A DNA stretch of 32,000 nucleotides from an uncultured Prolixibacteraceae bacterium (GCA_942491975.1 CALOCY010000004.1:1193762-1225761); one strand, 5' to 3'. Positions 1-14,242 are shown, numbered from the stretch's first letter. The notes: generated by a model not told the origin, from the sequence alone. Made by a program: numbers and translations.

Positions 1-6
1 AATCTT

Positions 7-828
7 ATGAAACAAAAATATATATGGACAGCTATAATTGTAGGATTATTTTTTCTTACAGGCTGTAAAACCGACGAGATTGAAGATCTCAAACAGGAAA
101 TGCCCGTGGTGCTTTTCGAGAATGATAACTATAGTGCTAACGTTGTAATTACAGAAGCAGATAACTTTCCGGAAGTACGCCTCAGGTTGTTTGGTAAAAA
201 GCTTGACCATGACCTGACCCTTACCGTGACCGTTGATGAAGCAAATACAGATGCAACTATTGGAACAGAGTTCTCATTGAGTGAAACAAACGTTACAATA
301 AAAGCAGGAGAATCATATGCAATAATACCATATACGATAGACAGGGACGAACTTGAAGCTGATGTGAATAAAAAGGTTAAATTGACTGTTTCGGCATCGG
401 GTAATGGTATTCGCAGCACTCAAATAGCAACTGTCATCAATTTAAAGAAAACAATTATCGACCTTAATCCATGGGCAGGTGACTATACATTTGTTGGTGA
501 CGGATGGGAGCGTGATTCGGAAATCAAACTCGTGGCAGGAGAAAACTATAAGCTCCTGATATATAGTTTCTGGGGTAACGGAATTGATATGGAGGCCGAT
601 GTGGATGTTTCAGATCCTTACAACCCGAAAGTTGTAGTATCTGCAGGAACATTGCTTGACTATGGCTGGGATGCCCAGGGACAGTGGTATTTAAGAAATG
701 ACCTGATAGGAGTTTTTGATAAAGATAAAATGGAGATTGTTTTTACGCAATTTGATTACGTTTGTGATGATGGCACAGAAGGAAGTTTTCCGTGGTGTAT
801 TGAAACGTGTAAATTGGTTAAAAACTAG
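7..828 (+). CDS. Lipoprotein of unknown function with a Calx-beta-like segment
   Basis: ATG at 7, 273-aa ORF. N-terminus MKQKYIWTAIIVGLFFLTGC is a signal peptide plus lipobox (LTGC). The central stretch TLTVTVDEANTDATIGTEFSLSETNVTIKAGESYAIIPYTIDRDELE resembles the Calx-beta pattern. A strong hairpin terminator follows. Confidence 0.7.
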   Translation: MKQKYIWTAIIVGLFFLTGCKTDEIEDLKQEMPVVLFENDNYSANVVITEADNFPEVRLRLFGKKLDHDLTLTVTVDEANTDATIGTEFSLSETNVTIKAGESYAIIPYTIDRDELEADVNKKVKLTVSASGNGIRSTQIATVINLKKTIIDLNPWAGDYTFVGDGWERDSEIKLVAGENYKLLIYSFWGNGIDMEADVDVSDPYNPKVVVSAGTLLDYGWDAQGQWYLRNDLIGVFDKDKMEIVFTQFDYVCDDGTEGSFPWCIETCKLVKN

Positions 829-861
829 TAGATAACTTCTTGAAATTTCATGCTTAAGATT

Positions 862-893
862 AAATCCCCCTTCTATCCGGGAGGGGGATTTTT
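862..893 (+). terminator. Rho-independent terminator after the lipoprotein gene
   Basis: AAATCCCCC (862-870) pairs perfectly with GGGGGATTT (883-891). Extra inner pairs are possible, and T residues follow. Confidence 0.7.
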
Positions 894-961
894 AAAATCA
901 ACTATACATATTACCGCACATTTTTGATTTGGCATTTACATCTTTTAAGCAGATTTAAAAT

Positions 962-3541
962 ATGAAAAAAATAATAGCAGCTGTCCTTTTTCTGGGAATA
1001 GCCTGGGGAGCAACTGGACAGAATATAGCAACGTTAAACCCGTTGCCCCGGAGAATAGTTGATGTTAACGGACAACCCCAACTGGTTCGGGTTAAAGGGG
1101 ATTATAAAAAACACTGGATCGAAACATCAACCGGGGATGTGTTGATGAAGGGAAAAGAAGGATTTTCCTATGCTGATAATGCAATTGAATCGTTAAAATC
1201 CGGTAAACAACAACCTAAGCTTAAGCGTATAGCTACCATTGGCGGGGTTCCTGTAACCGGAAATGTAAAACTGCCTGTTATCTGTATCGACTTTTCTGAC
1301 CTTTCCCATAGTCGTACCAAAGAGGATATTGATAACATGTTTAACCTTGATGGTTACAAGGGAAATATAAGCCTTCGCCAATATTTTCAGGATGCCTCAC
1401 ACGGTCAACTCAACCTCTCGTTTGATGTTTTGGGGTGGTTTAATATTGGTGACAGCTATGAAAATTATTCCGACAGCAAAGGAATGTACAAAACAGGTTA
1501 TGCCGTGAAAAAAGCCGTTGAAGCGGCTGAAAATGCAGGGGCTGATTTCTCCCAATACGATAACGATGGTGACGGTGATGTGGATTGTGTGATTATTGTC
1601 CATGCCGGTTATGGCGCCGAAGAGTGGGGCGATGAACAGTACATCTGGGCTCATTCATGGTCAGTTTCCGGGACAATAGAACAGGTGGTAACTTATGACG
1701 GGGTAAAAATTGACGACTACAACGTGGGGTGTGAACGCCGAAACGAAAGTGATGCCGGTATTGGCATGAAATGTCATGAATTGGGGCATGCCTTGGGTTT
1801 GCCCGATTTGTACGACGGTTCGGGTAGCTCCAATGGACTGGGGCATTGGTGTATGATGTCCGCCGGATCATGGTTGAATGAAGACCGTCCCGCGAACTTT
1901 AGCGCGTGGTGCCGTGTAAAACTGGAATGGGAAAACCCGCGGGTGGTACAACAAACCGATTACAATACATATTCTCTTGATCCTTCAGCAGTAAATGCCA
2001 ATGCTGTATTAAGAATAAATACTTTCCGGCCTGACGAATACTTTTTGCTTGAAAACCGACAGCGTTTTGGCAATGACTACCGTCTGCCCGGAACGGGATT
2101 GGCCATCTATCACCTGAATGCCAATAAACTCAACCGGGAATACGATGTCAATACCGATCGTGACAACCCCGGCATTCGCCTGGTAGAAGCTGATTTTTCG
2201 CCATTGGGAGGGTTGTACAATGCAAAAGACCGGGGAAAGGCAGCAGACCTGTTTCCCGGATCAACACAACAAACAGCCTTTGGGCCGTATACTTCTCCTC
2301 ATTCCAATTTCTTTGACGGCACCTATTGTGGGATAAACATTCAAAATATCACGGAAAGCGATGCAGTTATTACATTTGAATTATTACAGGCACCCCCGGT
2401 TATCGTGTGGGACAGTTCAATTTTCCGGGAATCACCGGATAATGACGGTTCCATTCAAAATACCATTACCATCAATCTGCTGGAAGAAGAATTTACCGTG
2501 GAACCGGGCATTTTTCCCGGTAATATATTTCATGTTGAGAATTTGCCAAAAGGGTTGTCATTGACGATAGAAGCCATATCTTCAACTGAGGCAAAGCTGA
2601 CAATAAATGGAAATGCCTTTGATCATGCTTCAGCAGACAATGTTTATGACCTTGCATGTCGTTTCAACAATGAAGCATTTAAAGGCGGTGATGCTTCCGC
2701 GGTAAACAATGCAATAAAGGAGAACCTTGAAATCAGGTTTGCCGATGAAAAACTGCCCAATGTATTGTGGGTTGAAACATTTGAAAATTACGAAATCAAT
2801 CAATTGCCCGACAACTGGGAAGTAATTGTAAACAAAGAGGGTACATATGATGTTAGCGTTACCGGTGAGGAAGATATCTCGTGCGATGCAGCTACATTCT
2901 ACTGTCAGCCGTATGAAGGGGAAAAGGCATTAACTACTGCTGAAAACTGGCTGGGCGACGGACCGGCTAAAGTTCAAATCATTACCCCGTTAATAGATCT
3001 TATTGAAGCATCATCTCCTGAACTTGCTTACAGTGAAATCAGGGGATGGGACAACGAGTGGCCACAGGCAAAACCGGAACATACCATCACTATTGAATAC
3101 ACGGAAGATAAGGCGAACTGGTACAAATTAACAACGGTTACTGCCGGTCAGGATGATTTTACCCAATGGAACAGGGTTGATGGAATTGACCTTTCAGCAT
3201 GCCAGGGAAAAAAAGTATGGTTATCGTTTACGCTGGATACACACACCTACTACTGGCGCATTGATGATATAAAAATAGCACAGCAACCTACAGCTGTAAA
3301 TTATACCGGTATCGAAACCTGTAATATATACCCCAACCCCGTTGATGAAAAACTGGCTATAGTATCAGATACCCCTTTTCGTAAGGTTAAATTGCTTAAT
3401 TTAGCGGGTAACGTGCTGCAGGAAAAAGTATGCAAAACAAAGAAACTGGAACTTGACCTCTCTTCGTTGCATACAGGTATTTATTTGTTGCAGGTTACAC
3501 TAAACACGGAAACAATCGTGAAAAAAATTGTCAAAAAATAG
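962..3541 (+). CDS. Secreted M6-family (immune inhibitor A-like) zinc metalloprotease with a choice-of-anchor-J-like domain and a T9SS C-terminal sorting domain
   Basis: Signal peptide MKKIIAAVLFLGIAWGATGQ. Zinc motif CHELGHALGLPDLYD (HExxH plus a downstream Asp). The segment VLWVETFENYEINQLPDNWEV...YYWRIDDIKI looks like a choice-of-anchor J / MAM-like domain. The last ~80 aa (NIYPNPVDEKLAIVSD...TGIYLLQVTLNTETIVKKIVKK) form a typical Por_Secre_tail. Confidence 0.85.
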   Translation: MKKIIAAVLFLGIAWGATGQNIATLNPLPRRIVDVNGQPQLVRVKGDYKKHWIETSTGDVLMKGKEGFSYADNAIESLKSGKQQPKLKRIATIGGVPVTGNVKLPVICIDFSDLSHSRTKEDIDNMFNLDGYKGNISLRQYFQDASHGQLNLSFDVLGWFNIGDSYENYSDSKGMYKTGYAVKKAVEAAENAGADFSQYDNDGDGDVDCVIIVHAGYGAEEWGDEQYIWAHSWSVSGTIEQVVTYDGVKIDDYNVGCERRNESDAGIGMKCHELGHALGLPDLYDGSGSSNGLGHWCMMSAGSWLNEDRPANFSAWCRVKLEWENPRVVQQTDYNTYSLDPSAVNANAVLRINTFRPDEYFLLENRQRFGNDYRLPGTGLAIYHLNANKLNREYDVNTDRDNPGIRLVEADFSPLGGLYNAKDRGKAADLFPGSTQQTAFGPYTSPHSNFFDGTYCGINIQNITESDAVITFELLQAPPVIVWDSSIFRESPDNDGSIQNTITINLLEEEFTVEPGIFPGNIFHVENLPKGLSLTIEAISSTEAKLTINGNAFDHASADNVYDLACRFNNEAFKGGDASAVNNAIKENLEIRFADEKLPNVLWVETFENYEINQLPDNWEVIVNKEGTYDVSVTGEEDISCDAATFYCQPYEGEKALTTAENWLGDGPAKVQIITPLIDLIEASSPELAYSEIRGWDNEWPQAKPEHTITIEYTEDKANWYKLTTVTAGQDDFTQWNRVDGIDLSACQGKKVWLSFTLDTHTYYWRIDDIKIAQQPTAVNYTGIETCNIYPNPVDEKLAIVSDTPFRKVKLLNLAGNVLQEKVCKTKKLELDLSSLHTGIYLLQVTLNTETIVKKIVKK

Positions 3542-3545
3542 CGGT

Positions 3546-3845
3546 ATGATAACAGTTTTGGTATTAATGACAGTGGGGATACTGATTGGCCTCTGCATCG
3601 AAAAAATGTCCCGCCTGGTGAAAATAACAGATAAGCTTATAACGTGGGCCATTTACCTGTTGCTCTTCTTATTGGGAATATCAGTAGGATTAAACGATAA
3701 AATCATCAACAACCTCGATTCCATTGGATTGGCGGCGCTGATTATAACCGTTGGTGCTGTATTGGGGAGTGTTGTCGTGGCATGGGGGATATATACTTGG
3801 TTTTTTAAAAAAGCAAATGTAAAACCGGAGGGGAATGAAAGGTAG
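3546..3845 (+). CDS. LysO/DUF340-family membrane protein, small N-terminal subunit
   Basis: About 99 aa with three hydrophobic helices (MITVLVLMTVGILIGL..., WAIYLLLFLLGISVGL, LAALIITVGAVLGSVVVAWGIY). ATG at 3546 is preferred over the TTG at 3528, which overlaps the upstream stop. The gene is adjacent to and overlaps the larger DUF340 gene. Confidence 0.65.
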   Translation: MITVLVLMTVGILIGLCIEKMSRLVKITDKLITWAIYLLLFLLGISVGLNDKIINNLDSIGLAALIITVGAVLGSVVVAWGIYTWFFKKANVKPEGNER

Positions 3846-4440
3846 TCTGATTATACTGGGATTTTTTGCCCTGGGGGTACTGTTGGGGGTAAACCGGTAC
3901 CTGCCTGATGTCTTAATTGAAACAGACCTGAGCATGTATGCGCTCTACGTGCTGATGTTTTTGGTGGGGATAGGTATTGGTGCCGATAAGAACTCATGGA
4001 GTGTGCTGAAAAAAATGAACATTAAAGTATTTCTGGTGCCTTTAGGGGTGATTGTAGGGACGCTGGCAGGTACGGCACTTATTTCACTCTTTTTACCCGA
4101 AATAAAATTGAAAGAAGTACTGGCTGTGGGGGCAGGATTTGGCTACTACAGCTTGTCAAGCATATTTATCTCACAAATCAGCGGCGAAACGTTGGGGGTA
4201 ATCGCACTACTCTCCAATATACTGCGTGAAATTATAACACTGCTGGGGGCACCGTTGCTGGTACGTTACTTCGGAAAACTGGCCGGAATAGCTTCGGGTG
4301 GGGCTACAGCAATGGATACCACGTTGCCCATCATCGTAAAAGCATCCGGGAAAGAGTGGGGGATTATCTCCGTGTTCAGTGGAATTATCCTCACCATTAT
4401 TGTCCCGTTTCTGGTAACATTTATACTTGAAGTACTGTAA
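3835..4440 (+). CDS. LysO/DUF340-family (lysine exporter-like) membrane protein, large subunit
   Basis: 201-aa polytopic membrane ORF. Motifs GFGYYSLSSIFI and GGATAMDTTLPII are typical of YbjE/LysO-like proteins. Its ATG lies 11 nt inside the upstream ORF, which suggests translational coupling. Confidence 0.7.
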   Translation: MKGSLIILGFFALGVLLGVNRYLPDVLIETDLSMYALYVLMFLVGIGIGADKNSWSVLKKMNIKVFLVPLGVIVGTLAGTALISLFLPEIKLKEVLAVGAGFGYYSLSSIFISQISGETLGVIALLSNILREIITLLGAPLLVRYFGKLAGIASGGATAMDTTLPIIVKASGKEWGIISVFSGIILTIIVPFLVTFILEVL

Positions 4441-4468
4441 CAAAAAAATGCGCCAACAAATAAACTAA

Positions 4469-7618
<3,150 letters not shown>

Positions 7619-7675
7619 ACAACAGGATAAACGGAAATCGTTGAAGTTAACAGAAGGTAGCGGAATAAACACTAA

Positions 7676-9709
<2,034 letters not shown>

Positions 9710-9710
9710 C

Positions 9711-9751
9711 CCTTAATCCTGGCAGGTTTTCAAAACCTGCCAGGATTAAGG
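9711..9751 (+). terminator. 41-nt perfect palindrome (probable terminator hairpin) after the GH63-like gene
   Basis: CCTTAATCCTGGCAGGTTTT (9711-9730), C, AAAACCTGCCAGGATTAAGG (9732-9751). It starts 2 nt after the stop codon. No clear U-tract follows. Confidence 0.5.
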
Positions 9752-9804
9752 TGAAATTTCGGGATATTTTCATATTTTTAACGCTTCATTTTTACAACAC
9801 AATT

Positions 9805-11100
9805 ATGGGGCAACAATTTCAGCCGACCGGTTATAAACTGCAATCGGTACTTTCGAAAAAACTATTTGAAGATAAAAACTGGACACTTGACGCTGAAGGT
9901 GAGGCACAACCTACGCTCATCAGGGCACTTTATACACAAAAGCAGCTTTTGGTGAAGGATGACTCTTTTGGCTTGTATAAGTTTGCTGATTGGCTACCGG
10001 TAAAACGAATGTTACAGGGATCATCAGCTCCGGTTACATACAAAAGCAAAGGATTGGCCAAGAAGTTAGGGTTGAGTAACTTATGGATTACGTTCAATGG
10101 TTATTGGCCGGAGAAAGGGGCATATATGAAAACTTGTTCGTTTAAAGAGACTGAGGCCTATTCGGTATGTGGCAGGCTGACTCCCGGAATGAACAAGGTT
10201 ATGGTGGTGGCTTCTGCCGGAAATACGGCACGTTCGTTTGCCCGGGTTTGTTCTGATAATAATATTCCATTGCTGTTATGTGTACCCGAAGACAATATCG
10301 ATGCACTATGGTTTGATGAACCGATAAATGATTGTGTAAAGCTGATTGTCAGCCGCTCGGGAAGTGACTATTTTGATGCCATTCACCTTTCGAATATTGC
10401 TACAACATTGGAAGATTTTATTCCGGAAGGCGGGGCGAAAAATATAGCCCGTCGAGATGGTATGGCCACGACTGTACTTTCAGCTGTAACGACTATAGGG
10501 CAGATCCCTGAATACTATTTTCAGGCGGTAGGAAGCGGTACCGGTGCTGTTGCGGCGTGGGAAGCCAACCTGCGCTTCATTGAAGATGGCCGGTTTGGAC
10601 ATAACAAAATGAAGCTGATGGTATCGCAAAACAAGCCTTTTATACCCATACATGATGCATGGAAAGCGGGATCAAGGGATATGCTCCCGTTGGGTGATGA
10701 CCTCGCACGCCGTCAGGTGGAGGAGATTGATGCAAAAGTATTGTCGAACCGAAAACCCCCCTATTCGATTGCCGGGGGATTGTATGATGCACTACTTGAT
10801 ACCGATGGTGATGTGTTGATTGCTGATAACAGTGAAGCAGCCCGGGCAGCCCAACTGTTCCTCGAAACAGAAGGAATTGATATCCATCCTGCAGCAGCTA
10901 TAGCCACGGCTACATTAATCAATGCAGTGGATGATCAGCAGGTGGCTGCCGACAATCTTATTATGCTGAATGTTACCGGTGGGGGAGAAGCACGTTTTAA
11001 GCAGGATAAAGAGCTATTTTACCTGAAACCTTCGTTGGTGTTTAATATCAATCCCGATACGGATGAAGTGCTTGAAAAAGTGGGAAAGCTGTTTGAATAA
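9805..11100 (+). CDS. Threonine-synthase-fold PLP enzyme, cysteate synthase-like
   Basis: The Lys-containing motif KTCSFKETEAYSV is followed by VVASAGNTARSFA. The N-terminal region (YKLQS...PTLIRALY...GLYKFADWLP...LGLSNLWITFNGYWPEKGAYMKTCSFKE) matches my recollection of the cysteate synthase subfamily rather than canonical ThrC. ATG 9805 is preferred, because the GTG at 9751 lies inside the upstream palindrome. Confidence 0.55.
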   Translation: MGQQFQPTGYKLQSVLSKKLFEDKNWTLDAEGEAQPTLIRALYTQKQLLVKDDSFGLYKFADWLPVKRMLQGSSAPVTYKSKGLAKKLGLSNLWITFNGYWPEKGAYMKTCSFKETEAYSVCGRLTPGMNKVMVVASAGNTARSFARVCSDNNIPLLLCVPEDNIDALWFDEPINDCVKLIVSRSGSDYFDAIHLSNIATTLEDFIPEGGAKNIARRDGMATTVLSAVTTIGQIPEYYFQAVGSGTGAVAAWEANLRFIEDGRFGHNKMKLMVSQNKPFIPIHDAWKAGSRDMLPLGDDLARRQVEEIDAKVLSNRKPPYSIAGGLYDALLDTDGDVLIADNSEAARAAQLFLETEGIDIHPAAAIATATLINAVDDQQVAADNLIMLNVTGGGEARFKQDKELFYLKPSLVFNINPDTDEVLEKVGKLFE

Positions 11101-11188
11101 CCTTTGTTTTGAAAATTGTTAAACAATACAAAAGACAAGGATGCCACATTAATTTGAGTCACCCTTGTTTTTTTACCTGAATAGTTAT

Positions 11189-11791
11189 CTAAAATATTTT
11201 CACTCCCAGTGAAATAAGATAATTACGTGTTTTTTGATCTCCTGTATCTACCATTTTAAAGAATTTTCCGGTTTGTTCCACCCTGAAATCAAGCGACAGG
11301 AACATAAAATCGATACCCCCGCCATACTGTACGCCAAAGATCTGGTCTTTAAATGATTCGGTGCTGTCTATCTGTTCCCTTACCTTCTTGTCAGTAACAA
11401 ATGATAACACAGGTCCGGCATTCAACCGCAAATTGAATGTAGGCATACTGATTACTTTATAACCAACCAGAATGGGGACATCAACTGTTTTAAAATCAAA
11501 TGATTTAACGACATCCAATGCATTATCATCATCCTCAAATTTCCCCCCTTTGGTATTGAAATAGATCTCGGGTTGGATATAGACTTTAGATAAATTTATA
11601 CGTGCATAGGCCCCTGCCAGATAGTTATTGATATTTTCACTGGTATAGCCACTCGGTTTTTTATGGAATTCCGAACTGTTCAACCCAACTTTGAAGCCGA
11701 TGGTTAAGGGCTTTTGCACCGGTCCTTCTGCATGTACTATTGCAAAGCACAGTAAACAAACAATAAGTAAAGCAACTTTTTTCATTTTCAC
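11189..11791 (-). CDS. Small outer-membrane beta-barrel protein (PorT/OMP_b-brl_2-like porin family)
   Basis: Signal peptide MKMKKVALLIVCLLCFAIVHA. Alternating amphipathic beta-strand pattern, aromatic C-terminal residue (GVKIF), 200 aa. Confidence 0.7.
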   Translation of the reverse strand: MKMKKVALLIVCLLCFAIVHAEGPVQKPLTIGFKVGLNSSEFHKKPSGYTSENINNYLAGAYARINLSKVYIQPEIYFNTKGGKFEDDDNALDVVKSFDFKTVDVPILVGYKVISMPTFNLRLNAGPVLSFVTDKKVREQIDSTESFKDQIFGVQYGGGIDFMFLSLDFRVEQTGKFFKMVDTGDQKTRNYLISLGVKIF

Positions 11792-11925
11792 GATTTTTTT
11801 TTAGATTTTAGAATATCTGATAAAGGTAAAATATTTTTGAATGAATATAACAATGCCTTTTTTATTAATAGACAACAAATTATTGATGATCGTTGCAATA
11901 TAACCGATAATTCTTTTTTGATTCG

Positions 11926-12672
11926 TTAAATTTTACGGGGAAGGTACTCCCCCTGTATATTCGACATGCCTGCAAATATGCTGTTCCGCACCGCAGGGTT
12001 TAATTTTTCCATCTGTTTTATTAATTGCTTTACCTCACTACGGTGTGATTTTTTTTCATGAGGACACGATTTAAGTGTACAGCTCCCCATGCCCTGAATA
12101 CGCATATAAGCTACCAGCTCTTTCTCTGTAATTGTAATAAGAGGCCGTATTAGCTCTATTTTCCCATTAAACATATGCAGTTTAGCGGGCATTGCACTAA
12201 AAGCTCCCTGAAAAATAAGGTTCATTAGTAGTGTTTCTACGCTATCATCAAGGTGATGTCCCAAAGCAATTTTTCTGCAATTGTTTACCTTTGCGCACTC
12301 AAATAACACTTTACGCCTGTTCCATGAACAGGTAAAACATATGTTTTTCTCTTTTTTCTTCTCTTTCGGCTCTGTAATTGCTGTTGTTTGATGAACAAAC
12401 CGGATATTGCGTTCACAGCAAAACTTTTCAAGGTAATTGAGGTCAACGTTATAGGGTATTCCCGATATAGAGACATGTACGGCCATCAATTCAAAATCAA
12501 AAGGCATACATTTTTTTCGTTCATTCAAAAGATCAAGTAAAGCGAGTGAGTCTTTCCCCCCTGACAATCCTACCATCACCCGGTCACCAGGAGCGATCAT
12601 ATTATAGTCCTGATTTGCATTTCCCACTTTAGTGTGAATACGCTTCATTAAGTTGTAATCTTTTCTGTTCAT
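11926..12672 (-). CDS. ttcA: PP-loop ATPase, tRNA 2-thiocytidine biosynthesis TtcA family
   Basis: PP-loop GLSGGKDS. CFTCSWNRR is a CxxC followed by RR. GHHLDDSVETLLMNLIFQG and a C-terminal Cys (SCPHEKK) are also present. All match the TtcA pattern. Confidence 0.8.
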   Translation of the reverse strand: MNRKDYNLMKRIHTKVGNANQDYNMIAPGDRVMVGLSGGKDSLALLDLLNERKKCMPFDFELMAVHVSISGIPYNVDLNYLEKFCCERNIRFVHQTTAITEPKEKKKEKNICFTCSWNRRKVLFECAKVNNCRKIALGHHLDDSVETLLMNLIFQGAFSAMPAKLHMFNGKIELIRPLITITEKELVAYMRIQGMGSCTLKSCPHEKKSHRSEVKQLIKQMEKLNPAVRNSIFAGMSNIQGEYLPRKI

Positions 12673-12826
12673 TAGAGTTTTTTTTCACCATACCAACCCG
12701 GCATTTTTAATAAAAAACCTGATTCTTATACACCATGCTCTTTAAAAGTAAAATATTCTTACTAAATTTTGAGAATCATTCATCAAAAACCTGTTTTTTT
12801 GTTTAACCGTTCACTTGAAAGCTATC

Positions 12827-14242
12827 ATGAAACTACGTATACCTCTTCATACCCAGATTTTAATTGCTTTAATCTTATCTGTTATATATGGCATTGTTTT
12901 CTCCACCACTTATTCTGTTGATGACGAAAGTATGGCCTACCTTAACAAAAAAAAGGTTTCGGCAGGTGTTATTGAAAAGTTGCAAATAATAGACGGGGAA
13001 GAGTACACCAGCTTAAAGTCGTTTAAAAAAGAGATAAAGCAGGTTTTATCAAAAGCAGAGATTGATGTATACCAGGAGATAATCATTAAAGCCTCCTATC
13101 AAAATAAAGCGGTGTTGAGTGTAAGCTGGATGGGCGATCTTTTTTTACGGGCACTAAAGATGCTTATTATCCCGCTTATTTTAAGTTCGTTAATTTCCGG
13201 TATCACCAGCATTGGCACAGGTACAAACCTTGGTCGGCTGGGATTAAAAACGTTTTCATACTATATCATGACTTCGGTGTTTGCCATTGTAACAGGGTTA
13301 GTGTTTGTAAACCTTATTAAGCCCGGGATTGGTACAGATCTCAACTTTCAGCAAGAGGTAGGGGGACTGGTTGAAAAACAGCGATCGTTGAAAGAGATAT
13401 TGCTTGAAATTGTGCCTACCAATATATTTGAGGCTTTTGCCGAAAACCAGATGCTTTCCATTATCTTTTTTGCCATACTGTTTGGCTTTTTTATCACCAA
13501 AATTAATGATAAAAACAAAAAACTACTGTCAAATATTTTCACATCTGTTTTTGAGGTAATGATGAAAATAACCCTGTTTATCATCCGGTTTACTCCACTG
13601 GGCATATTTGGAATTGTAGCCAAAGTTGTAGCCGATCAGGATGACCTGGGCGCATTGATGTCGAGAATGGGGTTATACATGGGTACTGTAATTGCTGCCC
13701 TTGCCGTTCATTTCCTGATCACCCTTCCGTTAATTGTTCGTTTTATTGGCAAAGCCAATATTTTCAAGCATTTCAAAAACATGTCAACACCCTTATTGAC
13801 GGCATTTTCTACCTCATCATCAGGAGCTACGCTTCCACTCACCATTGAGGCAGTAGAAGATAAATCAGGCATTTCAAATAAAATCAGCAGCTTTACATTA
13901 CCTCTGGGGGCTACAGTGAATATGGACGGGACAGCATTATATGAATGTGTTGCCGCTATTTTTATTGCCCAGGCCTATGGAGTTGACCTGACAATAATTC
14001 AACAGGTAATTATTGTTGTTACTGCACTATTGGCATCAATCGGTGCAGCAGCCATCCCTATGGCTGGTTTGGTTATGATAACGGTGATTCTTACTGCTGT
14101 AAACCTGCCACTGGAAGGTGTTGGCCTGATACTTGCTGTAGATAGGATCTTGGATATGTTCCGTACAGCAACCAATGTATGGAGCGACAGTTGCGGTGCT
14201 GTAGTTATTGCTAAATCAGAAGGGGAACAGACGAATGTGTGA
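12827..14242 (+). CDS. Dicarboxylate/amino acid:cation symporter (DAACS/GltP family)
   Basis: Motifs LKMLIIPLILSSLISGI, SSSGATLP, GATVNMDGTALYE and ILDMFRTATNVWSD are hallmark DAACS motifs. ATG 12827 is preferred over TTG 12815. Confidence 0.9.
   Translation: MKLRIPLHTQILIALILSVIYGIVFSTTYSVDDESMAYLNKKKVSAGVIEKLQIIDGEEYTSLKSFKKEIKQVLSKAEIDVYQEIIIKASYQNKAVLSVSWMGDLFLRALKMLIIPLILSSLISGITSIGTGTNLGRLGLKTFSYYIMTSVFAIVTGLVFVNLIKPGIGTDLNFQQEVGGLVEKQRSLKEILLEIVPTNIFEAFAENQMLSIIFFAILFGFFITKINDKNKKLLSNIFTSVFEVMMKITLFIIRFTPLGIFGIVAKVVADQDDLGALMSRMGLYMGTVIAALAVHFLITLPLIVRFIGKANIFKHFKNMSTPLLTAFSTSSSGATLPLTIEAVEDKSGISNKISSFTLPLGATVNMDGTALYECVAAIFIAQAYGVDLTIIQQVIIVVTALLASIGAAAIPMAGLVMITVILTAVNLPLEGVGLILAVDRILDMFRTATNVWSDSCGAVVIAKSEGEQTNV

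Noticed and set aside
9751-9804. GTG start giving a 449-aa version of the cysteate-synthase-like ORF
   Set aside because: The GTG is the last base pair region of the 41-nt palindrome. The extra 18 residues are hydrophobic junk with no homolog-like pattern. The ATG at 9805 begins the conserved region.
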